A DNA stretch of 64,000 nt from Tetramitus jugosus (lineage: Eukaryota > Protista > Heterolobosea): contig OW569385.1 in NCBI GenBank assembly GCA_937625935.1, positions 1 through 64,000 on the forward strand. The letters are read 5' to 3'. Below the pieces are notes generated by a model, which saw only the letters and a program-made list of their open reading frames with translations, was not told where the DNA came from and made no database searches. The translations under genes and the position numbers were made by a program. Numbering within the stretch: position 1 is the stretch's first letter; every line of letters begins with the position of its first letter. Below, piece after piece: positions 18,379 to 29,238 of the stretch.

Positions 18379-20586
18379 TCAGAGCCACATTGAAGCAACA
18401 GAACAGACAACGGACACAACAGCAATCAATAAAGTATTGATCTTGTCCGTGCTACTGTTGTTGGATTTGGTAGTTTCATCGTCATGAAGGCTTAGAACAC
18501 TTGTGGTAGTCACAATTGCTCTACGCAAATCAATATTGGCTGCCAATTTGATGGATCTAGCAAGTGTCGTGTCAGTGAAATTGGAGAAGAGGAGTAATCC
18601 ACATGTCAATGGGTTTTGCAAAGGCTTTCTGCTCACTGTGATCATGTTATTCAAAACCAAGTCTAGAGCATATGATCTTTGAATCACTTTTTGTGTCACA
18701 GTTAGACCAGTGGAGCCAAGGAGCAAATGTGTCTTCTCAACAATATTGTTTCTACCAAGAACTGCATCTTGACAACCATTTCCATTCACTCCATAAATTG
18801 GTAATGCATTTGGAGAACGAACACAGCAAAAGTATCCTTCAACAAAGGTGAAATCGTAGTTTGTTGGCAGTGTAGGTGTTCCATCCAATTGATTTGTCAA
18901 ATGCATTGTGTCCTGTGTTCTGAAAATAGAGTCAGCAGTTGAAAATGAGATTACAGAGGAGAGTGTGTCTCCCGAGATAATAGCAGGTTGACCTGGAACA
19001 GTGTAGCTCATTGTGAAGTCAATCTCGAGTGCACCACCATTCACTCTGTTAAAGGTCAAAGAATGATCTCCACCAACACCTCTATTTCCACTGTTCAACA
19101 CTTTCCAGTCCTTGGTGAATGTCAGAGCACAAGAATTACCCGTTGGATAGGTACATGTAGTACTTGAACCAGTATACGAAACGCTATTGGCCATCCTAGT
19201 GAGAAGAATGTTGTTGAATGAGACACCTGGAAGCTTTCTGACCAAAGCACCAGCAATTTCCAACTCGTCATTTGGGTTGATGAACATGTTGGTAATTGCA
19301 AATGATGCTTGATCATCCAAAGTAGTAAAGTTAGCCGAAGCTTGCGCAGTCAGATATGTCTGAAGAGTAATGGTAACCTTTGAAGACACAGTGTAACATG
19401 CATCGAGGTTGATGACAGAATATGTGACATAGATATCCAATTTCTGATCAATAGTTCTACCACCTTGCTTCAGAGACACTACCCACTGATTTGGTGCAGT
19501 ACCAGTGTAGATTTGAGTCAGAGTTTGATTCAGAGAGAATGTTTGACTACACTTGACTTCTGGATCAGCAGTCCAGCTAGCACCAGCACTGGTTGCAATA
19601 CTGTCTGTATTTGTCAAACATACATCTCTCAGATTAGGTGTGTTGTCAATTCTGTATAGGACTGTTTGATAAGAGCTCTTGGGAACGGTGACGTCAATAG
19701 TAAGAACATCATTGGCATAAGAAGCAGCGAAAACTGGATCTGAACCACCATACTTTGAGTCCCAACCAGGGCAATAACCATCAGCATAGATACCTGCAAT
19801 ACTTGGTACATCTATCTCGAGCACAGAGTTGCTCCAAACGGAAACTTCATCCATATAAGCAAAAGCACTTCCAAAAAGGTGACCAGTTGCATCAATGGCA
19901 AAAGTTCTCTGTAGTGCATCACCATCTACAATGAGCAAACCATCCGAAGTTGGCTTTCCATTGATGAAAATGGAAACTCCTTCCACAGGCACCAGAGGAC
20001 TAGACGCTCTCACAATCACAATGTTGTTCCAATTCTCATGAAACACTGTGTCTGTAGAGAGAGCATACGTAGTCGTAAAAGTGGTTGTTTCGTTGGCTGC
20101 AGAGACGTAACTGACAACTAAATTGATGTTGGGGTTTGCAGCAACCAATTGAACAGTGATGCTACGAGATCCAGCATCTGCCTTGAAAGTAGCCACAGAG
20201 ACAGTTGGATTTGTAGTCCAGTCATGTGCAGATTCAACCTTTGCAAAGAAGGAGATTGTGTTGATTCCATCGTCATCTACGAAAGAAGGTCCAAAGTCTA
20301 AAACCAGAGCTCCTTGTGAGTGAAAATAATTGCCAATCTTACCACCAGCAGAGATACTAGCACCTGGAACAGTGGTAGTACTAATTCCAGCTTCATAGAA
20401 GGCATCACCAGAAAAGTATCCAATAATGGTTGTGGAGTTTGGGAGAGTTCCTTGAGGACAATCAGCAGAAGTGTAACCAGTGACACCAACGCACTGTGCA
20501 TTGGTGGATGTTGCAGAGAAGAGCATGAGTGAAGCCATGATGATCATCACCACAATAATAATATGTTGCTTCATGTTCGAGGACAT
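18379..20586 (-). CDS. Secreted / GPI- or TM-anchored surface protein with a LamG (ConA-like) domain
   Basis: Signal peptide, the LamG-3 pattern WNNIVIV...VSIFING...YMDEVSVWS, and a hydrophobic C-terminus. Confidence 0.75.
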   Translation of the reverse strand: MSSNMKQHIIIVVMIIMASLMLFSATSTNAQCVGVTGYTSADCPQGTLPNSTTIIGYFSGDAFYEAGISTTTVPGASISAGGKIGNYFHSQGALVLDFGPSFVDDDGINTISFFAKVESAHDWTTNPTVSVATFKADAGSRSITVQLVAANPNINLVVSYVSAANETTTFTTTYALSTDTVFHENWNNIVIVRASSPLVPVEGVSIFINGKPTSDGLLIVDGDALQRTFAIDATGHLFGSAFAYMDEVSVWSNSVLEIDVPSIAGIYADGYCPGWDSKYGGSDPVFAASYANDVLTIDVTVPKSSYQTVLYRIDNTPNLRDVCLTNTDSIATSAGASWTADPEVKCSQTFSLNQTLTQIYTGTAPNQWVVSLKQGGRTIDQKLDIYVTYSVINLDACYTVSSKVTITLQTYLTAQASANFTTLDDQASFAITNMFINPNDELEIAGALVRKLPGVSFNNILLTRMANSVSYTGSSTTCTYPTGNSCALTFTKDWKVLNSGNRGVGGDHSLTFNRVNGGALEIDFTMSYTVPGQPAIISGDTLSSVISFSTADSIFRTQDTMHLTNQLDGTPTLPTNYDFTFVEGYFCCVRSPNALPIYGVNGNGCQDAVLGRNNIVEKTHLLLGSTGLTVTQKVIQRSYALDLVLNNMITVSRKPLQNPLTCGLLLFSNFTDTTLARSIKLAANIDLRRAIVTTTSVLSLHDDETTKSNNSSTDKINTLLIAVVSVVCSVASMWL

Positions 20587-21160
20587 GATTTGTATGTAAT
20601 GAGATTAGAGTGTGTTGGTTTGTTGTTATTGTCGATTCAAAACCTTTGGATGGTCGATTTTAAATCAACAAAGAGCTCATCTGCATAGGACAGACGACAG
20701 CTGTCAAGGGATAAGGAGAAGTTTCAAAAAAAGAGGAAGACCCAATCTTGGGACAATCATTACCAATGAGTGATATCCAATGCCCTATACCAACCACATC
20801 ACATCATTACTATCCATATTAATCGTTTCGGCTTGGCGACTGAAAAAGTGATTGTGTCCCTTGGAATATTTTCGGCAAGAACAATGATCCAAAAAGCAAA
20901 ATCGCGTTTCCAATCCCGGGCAATACCGTAATGGCAAATCTGTTGCGAAGAGCCACAAAAGATTTTTCATTTCGTTGTCACGGAGTGTGCTCGGTTTTTT
21001 CATCTACAACAAGAAAAACAGTAACATGTTGGTGTGTCGCTGCTTCTGCATCAGATTAATGTGGTAAGAGTCGTAACGCACATGAATCACATTTCTCTTC
21101 CATTCCAATTTTGGAGATATGGATTTGGAGAGGAGGGTATCTTCTTTGTTATTGATTCAT

Positions 21161-23179
21161 TCATTCCACATCGTTATCTAAGCCATTCTTCAGGAGCCAC
21201 TGGATTGTTTCGAGATGAGGACTGCCAGAGACAATATTCAGTAAAGCACTACGCGATGTTTGATAATCTTTTAGCGTTTCATCATTGAAGATAGGTAGAT
21301 TGACAACTTTTCGAAGGAACAATAATTGGGCATTACCATCATGAGAGTTTTCTGAGAATATTAGCTCGATTGGAGTTTCGCCCTTATTATTTCTTTCGAA
21401 CATTAACCTCTCAGGACAAACTGAAGCGAGATACTCCACTAAATTGATGTCAACCATTCGACAAGCTGAGTGAAGAACATTGTTTCCATTCTTATCTACT
21501 TGTGTGAGTGAAGCTCCTGCTGATACCAAGAACTTTTTATCCTCCAAACACTCTTCTGAGTAGGATTGAGAGAGGAGCATTTGAATAATTGGACAATCTT
21601 TTTGATCATCACGAATGATTCCATTCAAATCTCCGAGAGTGATTAACTCGGGATTCTTTGACAACAAGTACTTCATCAAGTCAGTTCGGAGAGGAGAGAA
21701 TGGAAGATAAGCAATCGCAGACACAAGATAGTTTTGCACACCATTAATGGCCATAGAAGCATTGTAAGTGTCTATGGTCGTCTTGATCACATCCAACATT
21801 TGAACAATTAAACATCGTGAGATTAGCCTCTGGAGAAGAGATGACAGCAAATATCCGCTCCCCACGGTACTGTCAATGTTGAACACCAATTCAGGATACC
21901 TCATTCGACTCGGGTCTGTCAACAACCTAAGTGTACTCGGCCAGAATATATGCTGTAAAACAAACATTGATTTCAAAATGGTTCGTGGTGCGAGTTGAAA
22001 CACCACTTTTGTTGCTGTTGAAAGAGAGCAAAGTGGTTGGAAAAGAGAATACTCTCGTACCGTTATATCAATCACTGCTTGAATGATTTCATCAGAGTTT
22101 CTTCGAATGATGTGTCCCATGTGGGACAATACCACTTCTTCCTTCTTTGACATATAATTTAAGTAATCGACATAGGATTCTTCAACTGGTAGACTCGATG
22201 AATGTTGATGGCATACCACTTCTTCCTTCTTTGATATGGAATCTAAATAATCAACATAGGATTCAACTGGTAGGATCGATGAATGTTGATAATACTCGAC
22301 CACTGACACATCAAAGTGCGAGTACATCTCCTGGATAGACTCCCAATCTTTGATGTTGAAACGAACACTCATTTGATCCAAGAACAGGTAAGACACAGAT
22401 AATTTCTGAATATTCACAGATGGTGCATTGATTTGCAATGTTGAAGGGAGAGACATCGATTCTGCCATCGATCGTCTTCCCTTGTCCGAAAACATCTTTA
22501 ACCTCCCCAATGCATCATCAGTATCATCAAACGAAATACCAATGAGGTTTAGGTTACGAATCGAACTTGATAACGAACATACAATCATCTCCAGTTTAAG
22601 TCCAGCCTGCACTGCTTTTATATCTAAATTTCGAGAACTATAATTCACAGTTCCTAAAATATCCAATGTTTCCAGTTGAGTAAACTTTGGCAACATTGTC
22701 TTCACACATTGTTCAAAATGTGGCAATTCTAGAGAACTCAGACCCAATCGAAGGCGCTTCACGTTGGGAAACAGATTGGCCAATTTCTCAAACAGACATG
22801 TTTTATCAATATTAAGAGAATCATCCAATGATCGATCAGTCAATTGAACATTTGTTCCAATATAGGCAATTGGTTTAAATTGCACCAATGACGGTTGACC
22901 ACCATTGTCCACTCTGAAATAATACTTTGGCTTTCCATCATCCACCAAACTCAAATGATCAACATTTGCATAAATATGGTCTTGAAATTCAGAGAGCCAT
23001 TGACGACACACAGACCTCAACATGAAATAAAAGGGAAAAGCTGGAATGAACTGCATAATCAAATGAAACATGTCTCTGGGAATGAGTTGGCCATGAATTT
23101 CAAAAAAATCAGGGTTCTGACTAATGTTGTTGTTTGTCTCCCCATTCAGGACGTGCTGATTCTCTGCCATGATGTTCAT
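21161..23179 (-). CDS. F-box + LRR-like + ankyrin-repeat protein
   Basis: F-box IPRDMFHLIMQFIP...LRSVCRQW; ankyrin motifs DKNGNNVLHSAC and NNKGETPIEL. Confidence 0.8.
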   Translation of the reverse strand: MNIMAENQHVLNGETNNNISQNPDFFEIHGQLIPRDMFHLIMQFIPAFPFYFMLRSVCRQWLSEFQDHIYANVDHLSLVDDGKPKYYFRVDNGGQPSLVQFKPIAYIGTNVQLTDRSLDDSLNIDKTCLFEKLANLFPNVKRLRLGLSSLELPHFEQCVKTMLPKFTQLETLDILGTVNYSSRNLDIKAVQAGLKLEMIVCSLSSSIRNLNLIGISFDDTDDALGRLKMFSDKGRRSMAESMSLPSTLQINAPSVNIQKLSVSYLFLDQMSVRFNIKDWESIQEMYSHFDVSVVEYYQHSSILPVESYVDYLDSISKKEEVVCHQHSSSLPVEESYVDYLNYMSKKEEVVLSHMGHIIRRNSDEIIQAVIDITVREYSLFQPLCSLSTATKVVFQLAPRTILKSMFVLQHIFWPSTLRLLTDPSRMRYPELVFNIDSTVGSGYLLSSLLQRLISRCLIVQMLDVIKTTIDTYNASMAINGVQNYLVSAIAYLPFSPLRTDLMKYLLSKNPELITLGDLNGIIRDDQKDCPIIQMLLSQSYSEECLEDKKFLVSAGASLTQVDKNGNNVLHSACRMVDINLVEYLASVCPERLMFERNNKGETPIELIFSENSHDGNAQLLFLRKVVNLPIFNDETLKDYQTSRSALLNIVSGSPHLETIQWLLKNGLDNDVE

Positions 23180-23197
23180 TTTTGAGCCAAGGTATCT

Positions 23198-26100
23198 TTG
23201 AATGCTTTGTTGGGATCAGAACCGGAGTATGCAGTCGTAGAATCGAGAAAAAGGATTGCTTCGTCTGTTGTGTATTCATGGACAACAGAGAGTACTGTGA
23301 CAGGCATTCCTAGAGCTCAACCTATTGACCTGGTGAGTTCATTCTTTTATGACATCAATTTAACGATGATCTCTGCAGGGCAATCACACTCTGCGGCACT
23401 CGATCATAAAGGAACAGTTTTCACATGGGGTTTGAACGATGTTGGTCAATTGGGTGATCAAACAACGATGAGTCGAACATTGCCCAATCCTATCTATTCG
23501 ATGGACGATGATTCTCCAGTGTCTCAATTGACATGCGGTCAGAATCATAATTTAATTTTGAGAAGCAATGGAAAGTTGTATGCCTGGGGTTCGAACAGTT
23601 CGGGCCAATTGGGTAATGGTAGTAAGATGAATAGTAAAATCCCTGTGCCAGTTGATATGAGTGGTGTGTTGAATGGCACAGTGATTACTCAGATGGCAGC
23701 AGGTGCTTTTCATTCACTAGTATTGACAAATGATGGAAGCATGTTTGCATGGGGAGACAATTATGATTCACAACTGGGAGATGGAACAGTAACGATAGCA
23801 CTCGTTCCGGTTGCTGTGGATATGAGTGCATTGAGTGGAAGAGTTGTCATTCATATTGCTGCAAGCAAATATCATTCAGTTGCGTTAACGAGCGATGGCA
23901 CAGTGTATTATTGGGGAGATAAAGGCCTCCTCGATGAAAAACCAACAGGTTCGCTGACTCCTGTTGCTGTCGATATGAGCAGTGTTTTGCAGGGAAGCAC
24001 GATTGTTCAAATCGCAGTTGGATATTTGCACACGGTGATGCTGACAAATGACTCAAAGATTTATGCTTTCGGTTCGAATCAGTATGGTCAACTGGGAAAT
24101 CATTCATATACGAACAGCCTTCTACCAATACCAGTTGAAATGCATGGTGAGTTATCTGGAAAATTGGTAGTTCAGATAGCAGCTGGAGGATATCATACTC
24201 TGGCTCTGACGAGTGATAACCTATTGTATGGTTGGGGTAAAGCCACGGAAGGTCAACTTGGTGATCAGAGCAACAATCTGTCCTATCCGACTTATTTACA
24301 TGTAAATGACAAGTTGAACGATTCAATTACTCAAATTGTGGGTGGTGAATCTCATACGATGATACTAACAAGTAAAGGAAAGAGTTATTCGATGGGTAAG
24401 AATGAAGATGCACAATTAGGAGACGGTACAAATGATCAATCCAAACCAATTCCAATTGGTATGAATGGTGCATTGTATGGTAAAACAATTACCAATATCG
24501 TAACGAGAACGATATCGTGGGGAACAGACCACTATGTTGCTTTGACGCAGGATGGAAATGTGTATTCTTGGGGAAAAAATGGAGCAGGCGAGATTGGAGA
24601 TGGAACAACCATCTCAAAACAATTTCCTGTCATGAGTGATAAAAGTGGCATTATGAATGAAAAGATCATTACACAAGTGACTGTAGGTAACTCCTTTACT
24701 GTTGCAAAAACTGATGATGGAACGCTGTATTCTTGGGGAGAAAACGGGAATGGTCAAATTGGAGATGGTTCACTCCAGGAAAGACATGTACCTGTGGCTG
24801 TTTTCATGGGTGGTGTGTTGAATAATAAGACGATTACAACAGTGTCTTCAGGGCTTTCGCATGTTGTTGCTGTCGCAAATGATGGTATGGTGTACTCTTG
24901 GGGTTGGAACATTGGAGGCGTTCTGGGAGATGGAACAACACAAAAAAAAAAGTCTCCAGTTTCTGTTGTGAAGGGAGACATGGAAGGAAAGAGAATTGTA
25001 CAAATTGCGGCAAGTACTGTCCATACGGTAGCATTGGCAAGTGATGGAAAACTTTTTGCTTGGGGTATGAACAAGTGCGGTATACTCAAGATGAGCACTA
25101 GAAATGATTTCACAACAGTTCCTACTTACATTGAAATCGATGGCACAGTGTTGGAACACAAAAATGTAACACACCTTACAGCAGGATATGATCACACAAC
25201 AGTTTTGACAAGCGATGGTCAGATATATTCTTGGGGTTTAACAGACTTTGGTATTCCGAGATCATTTGACCATTTACCTGTTCAATTGAGTATGAATGGG
25301 TTGTTGAATGGAAAAATTGTATCTCAACTTGCAGTGAATGATGTTTCTATGCTTTCATTCACCAATGATCGGATGTTAGGTTATTGGAATTTCAAGCTCA
25401 ACTATTCAACTTGGATCAATATGGACAGTGTTGATACCGAGCAGGGTATAACAAGTTTATTTGTTGCTATTGATACAATGGGGTTCCTTGGAGTAACATG
25501 CGAGCAAGGGTACTTTGGTAATGATTGTGACCTTTTCAACTGCTATGACATAGATTCCAAGAATCAAGAAAGGGTTTGCTCTGGACATGGGATATGTGTT
25601 GATTTAAATACGTGCAAATGTACTGAAGGATACACTGGTATGAATTGTTCGCATCATCTTTGTCACGGATATTCAAGCATCGATAAAAAGGTTTGTTCAT
25701 CGCATGGAACATGTCAAGGTCCTAATAAGTGTGTTTGTGAACATGGATATCATGGTGATACATGCTCATCTAACTTGAGACCTCTTTGGACGTTACTGGC
25801 TTTAGGAGTCGTTATGTGTCTCTGTCTCATTATTACAATTATTGTGGTTGCATTCCAAATCCGAAGGAAGAGAAAAGAAGAACAAATGAAGTCAGAACTC
25901 CGTGCATATTTATTGGAAGAGATGAGTGATTATGGGGATATGCCAATTGAAAAAGGAGATTTCTTCATTGATATGAGAGATATCAAATTGATCAGCCGTA
26001 TTTCTGAAGGAGCATTCGGCGTTGTATTCAAGGGAGAGTGGAAGAGTAACTGTGTGGCTGTGAAAAAGATGAAAGTATCGGACGATGAATCATTTGTCAG

Positions 26101-26836
26101 AGAAGTTTCAATTCTACAGAGTTTACGTCATCCTAATATTCTATACTTGTATGGATATTCTTCGAACGATACTGGTGATAAGTTTTTGATTACAGAATAT
26201 GCTGTGAATGGTAGTTTGGACAAAATTCTCTATGGAAACAATGTGACATTGAAACCTTTTGATCAAAAAATGAACATTTTATGTCAGATAGCTGATACGA
26301 TGGCATATTTGCACGGAAGAAGTCCAAGAATTGTTCATCGAGACTTGAAGCCCCAGAATATTTTATTGAGTGAGAGTTATCATGTGAGAGTATGTGATTT
26401 TGGTTTGAGTAAGATCACTGATACTTCTTTTACGCAGGGAAAATCCTATGGAACAATAGAGTATTGTGCTCCAGAGCTCTTGGCACATCAAACACATGAC
26501 GAAAAGTGTGATGTTTACAGTTTTGGCATTATCATGCATGAAATATTTACCTTGGCTGCTCCTTATTCACAGCATGAATACTTATCTGTATTTACACTTG
26601 GAGTCGATATTTTGAGAGGATTGAGACCTTCTATTCCACCATCAAATGATTCTCAAGCAATGTTGCATTTCTTCTCACAGAGCAACACAACGAACATTCC
26701 TCTATCTGACATTCCCTCCATTGTGCAAGATTTTTACTCTCTTGCCACACGGTGTTGGGATACGGACACAACCAAACGACCGTCATTTGAACAAATAACG
26801 ACTGAATTGGACATACTCAAAAAGAGGAGCGAGTAA
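23198..26836 (+). CDS. RCC1-repeat / EGF / TM / TKL-type receptor kinase (N-terminus apparently missing)
   Basis: Many WG-N--GQLGDG RCC1 repeats, CS-HG-C EGF repeats and a TM helix. Kinase motifs SEGAFG, VAVK, HRDLKPQN, DFG, APE and DVYSFG. No ATG until 23366 and no signal peptide. Confidence 0.9.
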   Translation: MNALLGSEPEYAVVESRKRIASSVVYSWTTESTVTGIPRAQPIDLVSSFFYDINLTMISAGQSHSAALDHKGTVFTWGLNDVGQLGDQTTMSRTLPNPIYSMDDDSPVSQLTCGQNHNLILRSNGKLYAWGSNSSGQLGNGSKMNSKIPVPVDMSGVLNGTVITQMAAGAFHSLVLTNDGSMFAWGDNYDSQLGDGTVTIALVPVAVDMSALSGRVVIHIAASKYHSVALTSDGTVYYWGDKGLLDEKPTGSLTPVAVDMSSVLQGSTIVQIAVGYLHTVMLTNDSKIYAFGSNQYGQLGNHSYTNSLLPIPVEMHGELSGKLVVQIAAGGYHTLALTSDNLLYGWGKATEGQLGDQSNNLSYPTYLHVNDKLNDSITQIVGGESHTMILTSKGKSYSMGKNEDAQLGDGTNDQSKPIPIGMNGALYGKTITNIVTRTISWGTDHYVALTQDGNVYSWGKNGAGEIGDGTTISKQFPVMSDKSGIMNEKIITQVTVGNSFTVAKTDDGTLYSWGENGNGQIGDGSLQERHVPVAVFMGGVLNNKTITTVSSGLSHVVAVANDGMVYSWGWNIGGVLGDGTTQKKKSPVSVVKGDMEGKRIVQIAASTVHTVALASDGKLFAWGMNKCGILKMSTRNDFTTVPTYIEIDGTVLEHKNVTHLTAGYDHTTVLTSDGQIYSWGLTDFGIPRSFDHLPVQLSMNGLLNGKIVSQLAVNDVSMLSFTNDRMLGYWNFKLNYSTWINMDSVDTEQGITSLFVAIDTMGFLGVTCEQGYFGNDCDLFNCYDIDSKNQERVCSGHGICVDLNTCKCTEGYTGMNCSHHLCHGYSSIDKKVCSSHGTCQGPNKCVCEHGYHGDTCSSNLRPLWTLLALGVVMCLCLIITIIVVAFQIRRKRKEEQMKSELRAYLLEEMSDYGDMPIEKGDFFIDMRDIKLISRISEGAFGVVFKGEWKSNCVAVKKMKVSDDESFVREVSILQSLRHPNILYLYGYSSNDTGDKFLITEYAVNGSLDKILYGNNVTLKPFDQKMNILCQIADTMAYLHGRSPRIVHRDLKPQNILLSESYHVRVCDFGLSKITDTSFTQGKSYGTIEYCAPELLAHQTHDEKCDVYSFGIIMHEIFTLAAPYSQHEYLSVFTLGVDILRGLRPSIPPSNDSQAMLHFFSQSNTTNIPLSDIPSIVQDFYSLATRCWDTDTTKRPSFEQITTELDILKKRSE

Positions 26837-27444
26837 TGATCTACACGGTAATGATTATCTGCGTCAAGTTGTGATCATTTAAAATAGTTGGAGGTTGGAG
26901 GATAAAGAAGAAAGTATCTGGAAGGTGGAGTGTATAAAGAGCTCTCAAAACGAATACAGATTGGAATGTGACCCATTGACCTCATTAACAGCGGGTACTG
27001 ATGTCAACCGAGATGATGGTTATAGTTTGGTGACGTTGTTTGCGTGACCTTTGAAATTAATCACTCAAGGCTCTCATGACTCATCAAATCACATATCAAG
27101 CCTTTTCGTATTTGGCTGCACATACTAACGATGTAGCGATTTTTGCTTACTTAGTTTGGGTTGCGGGTCTCGTCATGTTATATTGAAAATTTTCCGCCAT
27201 CACGATTGAAACTATTTCAGAAAGGGCAGGTAAGCGACCCCACTTGGTCACAAGTTGAAATTCCGATGGATGAAAAGTAACAACACCGTTTCCTCGTTAG
27301 TCCAACAAAAGATTATTTTGCTTGTGAGGGTTGGAGATGTGATGTTCATCTTCTTTGCGCGAGCTTAGGTGCTTGACGTGCACTATCGCTCTCGTTCGGA
27401 ACAGAACCTTTGTTACCAAAGAAACCAACAAACAAAACCTCCAA

Positions 27445-29238
27445 ATGTCCAGTAGTTCTATCGTTGTGAGCACGAATGGTCTCTTTGTCACAATGAGTTA
27501 TTTCATTAGTGTACTAGGCGCTTTCACAACCTTTTCTTTCATGCTGGAGATGAAACACATTCAGTCAAAGATTCTCAAGTTGATCTACCTCGTTTTCTCC
27601 AGTGTAGCTTTCGGAGGATGTGCAGTATTTTCTATGCATTTTGTTGGCAGTATTTGCTTTGCTATGACAATGGTCGACTCTGTGACAAAAGAGAAGAAGT
27701 CACTATCTGTAAATTATGATGTCGGTTTAACAATTGCTAGTGCTATAGCTGCAATTGTGCTGTGCTTCTGTGGACTACTCATCACAACGCTGCATCTGTT
27801 TCTTCCCATGATAACCAAGTACCTACGTTGCAAATCTGATCCCATCAATGAACAGAATGACAAAGAGGAAAGAAACGGAATTGAAAAGATGATTCCTACC
27901 AAACAAGCTGTGTTGGACAGTATATTTGGAAACGAGACGAAACCTCATTTCATACAAATTGCTTTTGGTGCGTTCTTCTGCACAGCTGGAATAGTAGTTA
28001 TGCACTATCTCGGAATGATGTCCATGGAAATACAAAATGCAAAAGCTATGTACAATCCAGGTGTGGTAATTGCTTCCATTATTACCGGTTATATCGTGTC
28101 GTGTGTGGGCTTGTGGTTAGCAATGAACATGACCAACGAATATCAGCAAGCCTTGAGTGCTTTGGTAGCAGCATTAGCAATCTGTGGAACCCATTACATA
28201 GGAATGGTTTCAGCCACATACAAGCCAGCTACCATTGATAAAACCTTTTCCAAGAATAACACACTCTCGAACTATGAAATCACCCTGGTTGTCACACTAG
28301 CCACTACGATTACATGCTTTGTCATGTTAATGGTCTCCAGCATTTCCAATCGAAAAAGACTATTGTTAATCGCAAAGACCACTTTGGAACTGGATGATGA
28401 GAAGAAGAAAGTGGAAGCTAGTCAAACTTCTGTCGATAAATTAAGCAGCCTGATCAAAAGAATATCTTTTGAAGAGCACCAAACCCGAAGAGTTCTGAAT
28501 TTGGTTTCCGATGGAGTATGCATTATTAACAAAGAGGGACAAATTTTGAAGTGGAATACTACGTTCGAGAAAATATGCTCGCTGAACAGTCAGTCTCTGA
28601 ATCTTTCCCATTACCTTCCACTCGACTTGAACGAAATATTCCAGTCAAAGACAAACAAATTCAATATAACTCTGGAAAACAAGATACGGGGCTCGGTCGA
28701 TGTTGAGATTAGCTCCAGTGTGGAAGAATGCGACACTACGTTCTGTATACTTGTATTTAATAGTGTTTCTCTGCTTCCAGAGATTCAGAGGAATCGTCAG
28801 AACACCAGTCATCGACCAGATCCTGAAAACCTGCTACTTCCGAAAAACAAACAAGCTGCGTTACTCGAAAAGACGTTAGATAATGATGAAGCACTATCTG
28901 AGTTTAGATCATTCTGTAAGAAGGAGATGTGTGACGAAAATATGGAGTTTGTATTAAGCGTGAGAGAATTCAAGAGGGGAGGAGATATTCTGAAGCGTGT
29001 CGAACAACAAATGTTGATTGTGAATACATATTTGAAAAAAGGATCGCCGAAGCAGCTGAACTTACCCGAATCTGTACTCCTACAAGCAACAATTGAAATT
29101 TCTGCTGGCTATGGTCAACCAGATCTTTTCGACGCGTTAGAGGTGAGAGCAAAAGAGATACTACATGACAGTCACTTCAGATTCTTGAAACAAATACCGA
29201 GAGAGATGAAGAAAGACAAAGAGACCTACGATACATAA
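27445..29238 (+). CDS. MHYT membrane sensor - PAS - RGS protein
   Basis: Three MHYT-type motifs (MHFVG, MHYLGM, THYIGM) in a multi-TM region, PAS-like SDGVCIINKEGQILKWN..FEK, and RGS motifs FRSFCKKEMCDENMEF...YLKKGSPKQLNL. Confidence 0.88.
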   Translation: MSSSSIVVSTNGLFVTMSYFISVLGAFTTFSFMLEMKHIQSKILKLIYLVFSSVAFGGCAVFSMHFVGSICFAMTMVDSVTKEKKSLSVNYDVGLTIASAIAAIVLCFCGLLITTLHLFLPMITKYLRCKSDPINEQNDKEERNGIEKMIPTKQAVLDSIFGNETKPHFIQIAFGAFFCTAGIVVMHYLGMMSMEIQNAKAMYNPGVVIASIITGYIVSCVGLWLAMNMTNEYQQALSALVAALAICGTHYIGMVSATYKPATIDKTFSKNNTLSNYEITLVVTLATTITCFVMLMVSSISNRKRLLLIAKTTLELDDEKKKVEASQTSVDKLSSLIKRISFEEHQTRRVLNLVSDGVCIINKEGQILKWNTTFEKICSLNSQSLNLSHYLPLDLNEIFQSKTNKFNITLENKIRGSVDVEISSSVEECDTTFCILVFNSVSLLPEIQRNRQNTSHRPDPENLLLPKNKQAALLEKTLDNDEALSEFRSFCKKEMCDENMEFVLSVREFKRGGDILKRVEQQMLIVNTYLKKGSPKQLNLPESVLLQATIEISAGYGQPDLFDALEVRAKEILHDSHFRFLKQIPREMKKDKETYDT

